Assembly: GCF_030144855.1 (NCBI RefSeq)
Contig: NC_082711.1
Coordinates: 70,060,001 to 70,124,000, forward strand
Length of the DNA stretch: 64,000 bases
Direction of reading: 5' to 3'
Source of the DNA: Hypanus sabinus
Lineage: Eukaryota
Within the stretch, counting starts at the first letter, position 1, and every line of letters begins with the position of its first letter. The notes under the pieces were generated by a model that worked only from the letters and a program-made list of their open reading frames with translations, searched no databases and had not been told where the DNA came from. Shown piece by piece: positions 52,601-64,000 of this stretch. Position numbers and translations under genes: made by a program.

Positions 52601-52803
52601 CATCCACAAACTGACAGTTCTTAAAATTAATTATTAGTTCTTGGACACAGGAAATCTGCACCAAGCAGCCACTTCAGCCAGGACAGAGTCCCATGTGTAA
52701 TGTCGCCCACTGAAGCAGTGCGGCCCCTTGTGTCCCTGAGGTCCAGACCCTGCCGACATTGTTTGCGAATTCTGTACATTTCCACCAATTACATTATCCT
52801 ACA
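49695..52803 (-). mobile_element. Degenerate Gypsy LTR element, gag deleted
   Basis: Minus RT [33 protein letters not shown]...VYMDD; RH ELLGLYLAVCHF...HKPL...ISEFTTDI; IN IHDLSHPG...C..C; PYNGPFQVL. PPT AGGGGAGTG precedes the 3' LTR (49909 to 49695, TGTAG...CCTACA). 5' LTR stub at about 52765-52803. TSD GTGT/GTAT. Confidence 0.8.
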
Positions 52804-55800
52804 GTATTTAATTTATTGAATGCTTCATTTACGCTAACACTCTTCTGAAGTAAAATGCTTCGCTTTCAAGAACACAGAACACCAAATGCTATTAGATGCC
52901 TTGGTGACTTACAAGTCAAATTTAATAACTTGTCTGTAAACAGACGAGTCACAGCCATGCATCAACACTGCCATCCAAATATTAAACCATAAAGAGCAGT
53001 GCATATTAATCTGTAATGTTTCAATAAATACTATACAGACTCAAAATTATAATATATTGAAAATAACTTTGGTTTCTTGCCCATTAACATTAAATCCAAG
53101 TTATCTACAATCCTATTTGGCGTTTTACACATATTCCCTGAAGCATACATTTCCTGTAATGCTAATATCTTCTGCCTCAACACGAAGTCCACTGGGATAA
53201 AAACAAGATAGTTGCCATAGTAACTTGGCATATTAATTTGCTAATTACAGAAAGCTACAGCTAAGATCTCTTGGCATCCACACACTTTAGTTAAGACAGG
53301 GGAGCATTAAAGCATTCTACAAGATTAAAATGGCTGCACTGAAACATTTTAAACTCTTAACAAAAGGCCATCTTCCCTCAATGCTGATTGAGATATTGTA
53401 GCTCAGTTACTTACTCAAGCTATGACAGGTCATCATTGATGCTATTCAACTGCTATGTTTTTTCAGCCTTTTGGTTTGAATTCAAATATTCGTTCAAACT
53501 TCTAAAATTGATGATTTCATTAACGATTGACAGGTTATAACCTGAACTGACATAACCAAAGTAGAAGGCACAGACAGAATAGACAGGACAGTCCTAACAC
53601 GCAGTGGCAAAACTCTGCGGCATTCAGCTTGGTTTGAAAGTGGGGTCATTGCTGTGGGTGAAAGTTCTGCACCAGTAAAGAAATAACTTTTTATATACAC
53701 ACCCCAAGACCACTCTGCACACCCCTGATGTTAGTTGCCAGCATTCAGTTCCAAAATTTTGTATTCCTTCTCAGATCTACTACTTTGACAGCAGTTTTGA
53801 CATATAGTCATTAACTCCTTATGTAGATTAATGTAAAGCCTTTTGCAGTTTGCTTGGCACTGTATAGGTGCAAGTAGAACTGACATTTGTCAGTAATTGA
53901 CTAATTTTACTAAAAATAAAAGTATATTTGGTTCATGCAAAAAAGTAAGCATTTTTGTAAGGAATATGTAATATGTGAACTGGGTGGCACCTCTGAGTTT
54001 GTCCTGGGAAATAATAAGTAATTTAAATTGATCAGACGGGAGGGGGGGGGATTTCTTATTGGTGTCTGTTCTTTTCCTAAGACAATTCCTATTTGGCTGG
54101 AGAGTTTCTTCTCCTCCACTTCCGTGGGCTCGTTGATGCAACTTTGATTGGAAGGTTCTGCATTCCTTCCACCATTTTCACATGGCACCCGTGTTCTTGT
54201 CATGGAGCTCAGGTGCTTGGAGCCTTTTGGGGTTCTCCATGTTAAATAATAATTGGCTAGAAAGTCCCATGAGATGATGAGAATACTACAATTTTACAAG
54301 GTGCTGACAGCACCCTTTACATTGTTTTTTGCCTTTATGAAAGCTGGCTGCTTTGTGTTTTCAGAGTCTGAAGCCATGCACATAAACATTAAGACTACAA
54401 GTCAGCTGGCTCAGCTCAAGTTTTTGTTGCTGAGGACATTGGTTCAGCAGAGGACAACAACATTGGTTCACTTATCCCGCCAATGGATTTGGGAGCATGT
54501 CTCATTTACGTTTCAAAGTCCCTGTTGTTAGTGGTATACTTTTCTGAAGCACGGAGGAGATCATTGTTGCCTATCAGACCATAAGCTTAGGGTTGGGTTT
54601 GACATCCTCAGCTGATCAAAGGCTCTGCTGATTCACTCAAGGTGTGCTATATTTTGCCATTTCTATCTTTGCTGATTCCTGAGAAGAAGGAAGTAATGTA
54701 AGCAGGAGGGCCCAGGGATATCTGGGACATAGTCAGCAACATTATTAAAATATCCACACAGATTCTGGTCACTGTGTTCAGGATCTCCTGTGCTCCTTCC
54801 ACTCAACATCTGTTCTTTATGTCAGCACATTTTTTGTTGGACCTTGGGGTTCAGGTAACTAGATCTGCTGACAGTAGATCCTTCAGAACTAAACAACTAG
54901 AACATGCCTAATTTTGAGCACATTTGAAATAAATCACAAGAGTTGGAGTTATATAGCCGGGTCAGTTAGCAAGGGTCATGCAAACATTGTTAAATACAAT
55001 CGCACAATGCATTTAAAGATGAACTGCTTTTGAAAACATGGCTACACTGGTTCACCTTCTGTGATAAGTGAGGATGCTACACATTGTATCGCACTATGTG
55101 TAATATTGACCAAAATATGGAGCAAAGATTCTCTACTACAACTGGTAAGTGATAAACAGGGCACTCTCTTTCTCTAAAATTATACAATCTATTCACAACA
55201 TTGAACAGACATCTTACGCATATCCAGAAAATTGTGACTAAGCAATACAATAAATGGAACAATTCATAAAATCACCCATCATGCAATTTTTTTAAATCAA
55301 ATAAAATGTGGAAAAGTAAAAGTCCAGCATGTGACTCTATGATTTTCATCAAGCACTACGCTGAATTAATTTTGCACTGAGATATCTTTATTTAATTGGA
55401 ACAAGTGTTTAAATAGTTCATGTTTCCTTTTACCCAAGGTCATAATTTTGTCAAAACTTAATCACAAAAATAGGAGCACCATTTGTAATTATCAATCAGA
55501 TGTTATTGATTAACAGGAATATTTACATTCCACAATTCTGCAAGCACCTACATTTATTTTGGAAAAATGAGAGCTCATATATTTCAAATAAATCCTTTAA
55601 CTATCAGTTCAACTTTGGGATTGGTTACAACAAAACAAATAGTTGTAGAACTTAAAAATCTAAAAAGCCAGCAAATGCCAAACTGTAATACTATAGCTTC
55701 TTTAAATGCTCACCCATTCCTGATACTCAAAGATTTTTTCTATCAAAATATTTGAAATATCCTAACATAAAAGCAGCATGAAGTGCAAAACTTAATACAA

Positions 55801-55834
55801 ATGTTTAAAGCTGTTCTTAAACAAAAAATATTGA

Positions 55835-56065
55835 GAAACAGCATGGAATAGGACCTTCGACTCTTCAACCCACACTGCCCTGCAATCCCCCGATTTAATC
55901 CTAGCCTAATCACGAGACACTTCACAATGACCAATGAACCCATCGACTGGACTGTGGGAGGAAACACATGCAATTAAAGGGAAAACATACAAACACCATA
56001 CAGGGAATTGTACCCAGGTCGCTGGCACTGTAAAGCATTGTACTAAACACTACACTACCATGCTA
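55835..56065 (-). mobile_element. tRNA-derived SINE (V-SINE/HE1-like)
   Basis: Minus-strand A-box-like TGGTAGTGTAGTGTTTAG, B-box-like GGTACAATTCC, core TTTCCTCCCACAGTCC, and a CR1-like tail. Confidence 0.6.
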
Positions 56066-56419
56066 TTCCAATTCTGAAGACCAGTCATTGTATTCAGCCA
56101 AAAGTTAGGCAGAAATATCAGTAACAAACGGCAAAATAACTACAGCCTGGTTAGCTCATCAAACTTGTCTTTTCCGGTTGCCAGGTAAGAATACTAAAAT
56201 TAAACCATTCTTAGATACAAGTTTCCCTCATAATGTTTGCGAACATTGTCATTTGGAAGTTCAAAGTGCCATGTTTATTTCTATATCCTGTAACATACAT
56301 GTTGTTGTACCACCAGTTCAACTGACTTGAATCCCCTAATCCAATGTCAATTGCCTTAGTGATTGCTCGAATGTGATGGGCCCAGGACAAATCCTCCGAG
56401 GGGATGATGCACAGTGACT

Positions 56420-56905
56420 ATAGACAACAGGTGCAGGAGTAGGCCATTCGGCCCTTCAAGCCAGCACCGCCATTCAATGTGATCATGGATGATCATCCAC
56501 AATCAGTACACCGTTCCTGCCTTCTCCCCATATCCCTTGACTCTGCTATCTTTAAGAGCTCTATCTAACTCTTTCTTGAAAGCATCCAGAGAAATGGCCT
56601 CCACTGCCTTCTGAGGCAGAGCATTCCACAGATCCACAACTCTCTGGGTGAAATAGCTTTTCCTGAACTCCGTTCTAAATGGCCTACCCCTTATTCTTAA
56701 ACTGTGGCCTCTGGTTCTGGACTCCCCCAACATCGGGAATATGTTTCCTGCCTCTAGCATGTCCAATCCCTTAATAATCTTATACGTTTCAATCAGATCC
56801 CCTCTCATCCTTCTAAATTCCAGTGTATACAAACCCAGTCGCTCCAATCTTTCAACATATGACAGTCCCGCCATCCCAGGAATTAACCTTGTGAACCTAC
56901 GCAGC
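56420..56905 (-). mobile_element. Young CR1 3' end
   Basis: Uninterrupted RRFTRLIPGMAGLSYVERLERLGLYTLEFRRMRGDLIETYKI...TRGHSLRIRG...WNALP. Confidence 0.95.
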
Positions 56906-57222
56906 ACAGTGAGCATTCGAGCCATTGAAACCCAACCTAAAGCGCAGGATGATCTCCATCACATTGCTGCCATATTGTAGGCAGGTTAAATTGAAGAAAG
57001 GTAATGACAACTTTTCTTTAAAAATGGCAATTTGCAAAAGTTAGTAGGCTAATATGTTTCAGAGAATACATCTTAAACCATATAAAAACTTAAAAAATAT
57101 ACTTGTCAGTCATGGTGTGATCTTAAGGCTCTTGCTAAGAACCAGCTGTTGTCCTCTCTCATCCACAGACACCACTCATCAGCAAGGCAGCACTCAATGT
57201 TGCCACCTTGGGGGCTGGCTTG

Positions 57223-57454
57223 TGTTGTGTATTTAATATTGCAGTAATATTTGAGTAATCATGTAAATATATTGCTTGATTAAGCATTCTTCGTTTCTAC
57301 AAGTTGTTATGGTTACATGTATAAACACTCGAATTGCATACGAATTGTGATACCTGCGCGCCCCACTTAAAGTGAAACATGAAGTTAGCCTCACATTTTG
57401 GACTCCCGTCTTTTTTTGAATTAATTTAATGTTTTGAAGTTAAAGAATTTAACA
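57223..57454 (+). mobile_element. Solo LTR related to the 38614-38847 LTR
   Basis: TGTT...AACA termini and a perfect 5-bp TSD GCTTG. Shares ATTTAATATT.CAGTA.TATTTGAGTAAT and TTAAGCATTCTT with the LTR starting at 38614. Confidence 0.85.
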
Positions 57455-58410
57455 GCTTGTACCTCTCACTCTTGTATACAGTCTGGGGGAGTCGCATTCC
57501 TAACATCCAGATAATACAGATTCATGAGCAGGCCCATTCTGTCTGTCGTCTGTCCCTCGCCAGTGAGAGGGAAGCACTCTGCAGCCTGTGCACCTCACCC
57601 ATTTTTCCCTCACTCTCCAGTAGTACTCAACTCAGGGCACTATGTGTGCTTCCTCTTCATACTACAGCTACCATTACCTTTCTCTATCTTCCAGATTAGG
57701 CATCTGGAATAGAGTGTCAATGTGTGAGAGAGAAGGATGTGCACGACAGAGTGGGCTACTCTGATTTGCTAACAAAGGTCAATTAGGTCCAATTCTTATT
57801 TGAAAATGGAGGTAGAGTTCCAAATTTAATGGTGTACTTCAAATTTCAAGACAGTATGCAAAACAAACTAACTGCGGGAGGAGCTCAGCAGAATGAGCCA
57901 CTGGAATCTGGGGCAAAAGCAAACTGCTGGAGGAACCTGGAGCAATTGGCAGTGAGGTCGTCCAGTGATTTTTTTTCCTGCAGATTTTTTTAATGTCTCC
58001 ACCTAATCACAGAAACTGGTTTGTTTTTTGCATTTGGTGCTGCCGAGCTTGCTCAACATCAACATCGCTTGCCTTGAAAAACTTGCGACAAGTACAACCT
58101 CACATTCCTTCAGTGTGTTTACCAAGAAGGTACAATTCACCAGCAGGATTTATACTGGAAACAATATTTTGTCCTTTCTGCATACCCCCTTAATGCAAAG
58201 TAATTACTAGATGCCATTTTAAGAAAGGCTTATCCTTAGACAAAGCAGATTTTATCTGAAATATGTTCCCAACATGTTTTGAGAGGAGAGAATATAAAGT
58301 AATTTCAGAACTCAACACAAGCAATTTCTCATTTTTAATAAAATATTGCTGAGGTAAACACTAGTAAGGATCAAAGTCAGTAACTTCGGAAAGAGAATAG
58401 ATGGCAATAC

Positions 58411-59404
58411 AGTCACTTGTGGTGTCCCACAAGGATCTGTTCTGGGCCCTCTACTTTTTGTGATTTTTATTAATGATCTGGATGTGGGGGTAGAAGGGTG
58501 GGTTGGCAAGTTTGCAGATGACACAAAGGTTGGTGGTGTTGTAGATAGTGTAGAGGATTGTCAAAGATTGCAGAGAGACAGTGATAGGATGCAGAAGTGG
58601 GCTGAGAAGTGGCAGATGGAGTTCAACTCGGAGAAGTGTGAGGTGGTACACTTTGGAAGGACAAACTCCAAGGCAGAGTATAAAGTAAATGGCAGGATAC
58701 TTGGTAGTGTGGAGAAGCAGAGGGATCTGGGGGTACATGTCCACAGATCCCTGAAAGTTGCCTCACAGGTAGATAGGGTAGTTAAGAAAGCTTATGGGGT
58801 GTTAGCTTTCATAAGTCGAGGGATAGAGTTTAAGAGACGCGTTGTAACGATGCAGCTCTATAAAACTCTAGTTAGGCCACACTTGGAGTACAGTGTCCAG
58901 TTCTGGTCGCCTCACTATAGGAAGGATGTGGAAGCATTGGAAAGGGTACAGAGGAGATTTACCAGGATGCTGCCTGGTTTAGAGAGTATGCATTATGATC
59001 AGAGCTTAAGGGAGCTAGGGTTTTACTGTTTGGAGAGTAGGAGGATGAGAGGAGACATGATAGAGGTGTAGAAGATATTAAGAGGAATAGACAGAGTGGA
59101 CAGCCAGTGCCTCTTCCTCAGGGCACCACTGCTCAGTACAAGAAGACATGGCTTTAAAGTAAGGGGAGGGAAGTTCAAGGGGGATATTAGAGGAAGGTTT
59201 TTCACTCAGAGAGTGGTTGGTGCGTGTAATGCACTGCCTGAGTCAGTGGTGGAGGCAGATACACTAGTGAAGTTTAAGACATTACTAGTCAGATATATGG
59301 TGGAATTTAAGGTGGGGGTTATATGGGAGGCACGGTTTGAGGGTCAGCACAACATTGTGGGCCGAAGGGCCTGTAATGTGCTGTACTATTCTATGTTCTA
59401 TGTT
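58411..59404 (+). mobile_element. 5'-truncated CR1 (RT C-terminal part and 3' tail)
   Basis: GVPQGSVLGP, FINDLD, KFADDTK, YKTLVRPHLEY, LERVQRRFTRM; stop at 59069; tail ATTCTATGTTCTATGTT. Confidence 0.95.
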
Positions 59405-60809
59405 AAATGCTGAAAGCTTAATTTATAACACTAATGCTACATATAAATTTACAGCAGAGGACCAGGACCTTCAGCCCACGATGCCTGTACTGTTCATGAT
59501 TTAAAGCATTTGAAGTAATCCTATCTGCCAGCACATGATCTACATACTTCCATTCACTGCCTATTTGCCTAAATGCCTTAAATACTACTACTGTATTGCT
59601 GCAGATGGAGCTAATTAGTTATGTAAAGTTTCCATTCATTACTTTGCCCTGATAAATTTTGAAAGGTCCAAAAGATCAACAATGTCAAAAATAGGAACAA
59701 GGAAGAACTTAAATAGAATAGCTAGCATGGCACAGTTGGAGGATTACAAAGAATGACCAAACTTTCGATCAGCTAAGAAGGTTTCACAAAATGTTGAATT
59801 AAGAAGATTGGCAAGGACAATAAGAAGAAAAGCTGAGGGATATTGTTTCCGACAAGGCCAACAATGTGATGGTACTGGGTTTGCTGGCTGCAAGGTACTA
59901 AAGTCAGAGATCTTGAGCTTATAGGTACCCTCACTAAAGGGAGGTTATACAGTTGCTACTGAATCTTGCAAGACTAGCTCATTTCCCGATTTATCCTCCA
60001 TGGTGTGTTTAGCCACCAATATCATCTATTTGAGTGGTGGGTCCTGACTCCCTACTAAGGAGGAGATACTGCCAGCTACAAAGAAATTTAAACACGGTTC
60101 ATTTACTTTTAGTGATACACACTTCAACTTAAATAAAATTACTAAAACACATCTAAGACTCAGAATTTCTATATTATAATAAGATTTCCAAATTACAAAC
60201 AATTTCTAAAAACACTTAAGATTTCCAAAACACAGGTACGATTGCTATAAGCTATGCCCATGAGCTGTGCCGCACATACCATCCATCGCACGTCAAAGGC
60301 AGAGCAATGGATCGATTTCCCCCATCTTCTGTCATTCTTCTTGATGTTCTTTATGATTCCTCATAAACCAAAACTGCCCCCTGCATTTATACCATTTCTC
60401 TGCTGCTTGGGTGCCTTAACATATGACATTCTTTTAAACACAGTAACTTTCACGCAAGTGGTCTAAAAGCTTCTTGAGACAGAGTTCCCAGATATCCACA
60501 ATTAAACCTGCGAAGTCCACTCCAAGCACACAAACTTTTTGACTTATTAAAAGATCAGTTATTTGATGTGCTAAATGATATTATCAATCTGGCCTGTAAG
60601 CTTCCTTGAACTAAACAATTCAGCCTGCATTGCCTGGTTTGATAGAAGCCAATTTAACAAACACAACCTTAACAATGAGCGGTATTACACTGTATGTCTT
60701 CCCTGCTTCTATAGACAATGCTTGTATGCAGCGCTGTTCTTTCAGCTTCAAACTGATTATTGCTTCCTTTTACCTTGCTAAAGACTGGCATCCGTTTACA
60801 ACAAGCTAA

Positions 60810-61679
60810 GGTTACATCCACACTACACCAGATAAATCCATAACTGAAGCTTTTTCTTTTCATTTTTACCCTCTGTCCACACTAAAACAGTGTTTTTGTC
60901 CCCCGAAACCGGAGCTTTTCAGAAACGCTTTCCAGGGTGGGTATTTTTGAAAACGCTGCTCGGGCAGATCAGTGTGGACGGGGTAACCGGAGACTTTTGA
61001 AAACACTGTCAGACGGCAGCGTGCTATTTCATTGTTTTCTTGAACGCAACCTAACAATTTCAGAACAGACGGCAATGAGACTGACGCCAGAAGAGTTAGA
61101 AATGTACTCGCCAAATACTTACTTACTGAATAAATAAGTATACTCACTTTGCCCTGTTTTCTGTCCTTGCTCATATGAAGGTTGTTTCTATTTATGCAAG
61201 TACTTCTCTGACAATAGATGTGTAACAGCCGAATGTAATGTTGTATGGAAATACAAGATAATACATTAACAAGGGGCTTAATTAATGCAACAGAGTTCGT
61301 CAGTTTTTTAATGTTCGTCATCAGCCGGTTCATACTGTCCGTGAACTCCCTGTCAGTTGCCTCCATACGCTCCAGTATTTGTTCTTTTTTAGTTTAAGTC
61401 CTCCTGTGTGAAAGCCAACAGCTCTCCGTCGCTTGGCAATTTCCATTTAAGTTTTTCTAGTCTGTAACTGAACAAGTGCGCACTTTCACAGCGAGATTCG
61501 ACACCAAACATGTCGCTTGTTTTCGGTAGATGTGTCCTGCGCATCAGCAGTAGGAGGAGATTCGCCGAAATCTCCATTTTAATGTGGACGGAGATATATT
61601 TTTAAAAAAGTGTGGACACCTATCGTTTTTATGCGAAACCGGCGTTTTCAAAATTATCTGGTCTAGTGTGGATGTAGCC
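60810..61679 (-). mobile_element. Non-autonomous PIF/Harbinger-like DNA transposon, copy 2
   Basis: TIR GGTTACATCCACACTA...TAGTGTGGATGTAGCC, flanked by TAA and TTA. Inverted homologue of 11446-12334. Confidence 0.78.
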
Positions 61680-61762
61680 TTAGAAAAGAATATTGTTTGG
61701 AAAGCTGAGTGTGGCAGGACAAAAAGGCCCCCCAACCCTGGATAATGAATATCCATTAGGCT

Positions 61763-62548
61763 ATTGATTGGTCTCATCTCAAACAAAAACAAGGTGGCCT
61801 ACAGGGAAGAAATCATCTCTCTGACACAGTTGTGTCAAGAAAACAACCTCTCACTCGGTATCGCAAAAACAAATTTGCTGGTTGTGGATTGCAGGAGGAA
61901 TGGAGATGGGCTACCCCTACTGACATCAATGAATCTGGGGATGAGAGGGTAAACAGCTTTAAGGTCCTCAGCTTCCACATTACCCAGCACCTCACATGGT
62001 CTCTACACACCAGCTATGTGGTGAAAAAGACACAACAGTGCCCCTTCCACCTCAGATAGTTGAGTCAGTTTGTAGAGGCCCCCAAATCCTAAGAACTTTC
62101 TACAGGGGTACAATTGACAGCATCCTGACTGGCTGCATCACTGCCTGGTATGGGAACTGTACCTCCTTTAATCACAGGATTCTGCAGAGAGTGGTGCGGA
62201 CGGTCCAGTGCATCTGTAGCTATGAACTTCCCATGATTCAAGACATTTACAAAGACAGATGCGTAAAAAAGGGGCTGAAGGATCATTGAGGAGCCAAGTC
62301 ATCCCAACCACAATCTACTCCCATCCGGGAAATGGTACTGCAGCCTAAGAGCCAGGAGCAACAGGCTTCTTCCACCAGGCCATCAGACTGATTAACTCAT
62401 GCTGATTTGAGTGTATTTCTATTTTACATTGACTGTTCTATTTATTATAAATAACTATGATTGTACTTTGCACATTTAGACAGACGTAACAAAGTTTTTA
62501 CTCCTCATGTATGTGAAGGATGTAAGACATAAAGTCGATTTAATTCAA
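61763..62548 (+). mobile_element. 5'-truncated Rex1/Babar LINE
   Basis: IGLISN..VAYREEI..LT..CQENNLSL...KT; ERVNSFK.L; FYRGTIDSILTGCITAWYGNCT...LQRVVRT. Confidence 0.85.
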
Positions 62549-62699
62549 TCCATCACAAAGGCAGAGCCACTCCTCACTTGGCATGAACTTCATTTCCCTC
62601 TTTTTAAAATGTCTAATATTCAAGACATTGATTATATTTATTGATACCACCTTCACAGCCTCACTGACACGATGTGAGATTTGTAGTTTAATGGTAGTG

Positions 62700-63030
62700 G
62701 TACAATGCATATCATATATTACAACAGGGCACCATTCACACGTTCAAACCGTGCAAAATGTGAGGTACCATTCACAGACCATTTGGAAATCTGATGGCCG
62801 AGAAAAAGAAACCATTCTCATTGAGTTTGGGTTTTTTGGCTCCTGTACCTTCTTCCCTGATGGCAGTAATGAGAAGACATGTCCCTGATCGTGAGAGTCC
62901 TTAATAATGAATGCCACCTTCCTAAGATAACTTCTTTTGAAAATGTCCTTAAAGTTGTAGAGACTTATGCCTGTGATAGAGCAGGCCGAGTCTATAACTC
63001 TCTGCAGCCTCTTTTGATCCTGTGTACACC
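62700..63030 (-). mobile_element. Rex1-like 3' fragment
   Basis: Similar to 13260-13490 (CTTCCCTGATGGCAGTAATGAGAAGACATGTCC). Confidence 0.55.
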
Positions 63031-64000
63031 ATGCCAGTTGGAATGCACTCTACCACTCAGCTCAAAGATTGCCACCGTCACAGTCAGCATGCAAAAATAA
63101 ATCATTCCTATGGAAGCACTGGATATACCTTAAAAATGTGATGAGAACTACCAAGGTGTATCATATTTACTTTTGAAGTCAAATACAAGCATCTTCAACA
63201 AGATGGGAACAGCTACTCCGCCACTACGTCTGCACAGAATGTAGCATATCTACAAATTTGCAAAATTTTGTGTGGGATGCTATACTCTGGTAAAATACTT
63301 GTTCCATCATCTACCACACTGAAAACACATCACTGTAAACAAAATAGTTTTCGTCGTGACAGCTTGTCTGAAATCTGCATGGGAAGTAATAAAACCCTCT
63401 CAATGTAAAGCAGTTTTGTGCTTCATAATCTCTTGAAAATATGTGCATTTAAAAACCTCCGCAGGGAAGTAGGAGACTCAAGTTCCCTTTCCTTCAATCG
63501 ACTATAAAGGTTTACTGTAGGAGTACTTCAGCCAAGATATCGCACAAAATTCAACATGTCCTAGGTACTGTGTGATATGATACGGATTCAGTACTGAACT
63601 TTGGGTCACTTTTCTGGAACCATTCTAGACCTAGAGAAACTATAAATGGCTTTCATGTACCTGTGCATCAGCAATGAGTGCAAAAATCCTGAACCTCTCT
63701 AATCATTCAGGACAATGTAACCAAATTAAAAATGCTTTCAAATAAAATGCAAGGCACTTTCTCAGGACAAACCCTGCTGGTGTTGAATCAAGGAACAAAA
63801 CTGATCATGGCATTCTCACTCCCCTCACCCTGCTCTCATCCAACAACCACCCAAAAACCAAACTCTTTAATTAAAGAATTTGGAGTTAAAGTCCAAATTT
63901 CTGTGGCTCCGAGCATTCCTTGCATTGCTAAACAATTTTAAACTTTAGTATGTTAAACAAAAGATTATTGTAACACATTGAAGCTCAAGGATTAACGCAG

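Noticed and set aside
49872-52803. Direct repeat of about 38 bp read as an unusually long TSD
   Set aside because: Better explained as the starts of the two LTRs on minus; one copy directly follows a PPT.
1-64000. CRISPR arrays, rRNA/tRNA genes or prokaryotic operons
   Set aside because: No regularly spaced repeats or RNA-gene structures were seen; the sequence is vertebrate-type repetitive DNA.

Overview
AT-rich, repeat-dense eukaryotic non-coding DNA (large intron or intergenic). The repeat repertoire (many CR1 fragments, Rex1/Babar, a V-SINE/HE1-like SINE and Penelope-like tails ending ...GCTGCCTGACCTGCTGAGTTCCTCCAGCATTTTGTGTGT) suggests a cartilaginous fish; this is inference. I found no host protein-coding gene, RNA gene or CRISPR array; nearly all recognisable ORFs are transposon debris. 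The main feature is a structurally complete but inactivated 7.2-kb Ty3/Gypsy LTR retrotransposon (28927-36105). It has a CACA target-site duplication (TSD), a tRNA-Pro primer-binding site (PBS), a PNMA-like Gag with two CCHC knuckles, an intact G_GGA_AAC + H-type pseudoknot -1 frameshift cassette, and a possible dead dUTPase-fold insert between protease and RT. Other notable elements: a Penelope-like insertion with inverted termini carrying minimal hammerhead ribozymes and a 13-bp TSD (44624-45195); a twin-primed inverted L1 (6669-7695); two inverted copies of a Harbinger-like non-autonomous element about 48.5 kb apart; two further decayed Gypsy elements and a solo LTR; Tigger-like and hAT elements; and a hAT transposase relic missed by the ORF track. 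All calls are by eye. Boundaries of old repeats are approximate (tens of bp).
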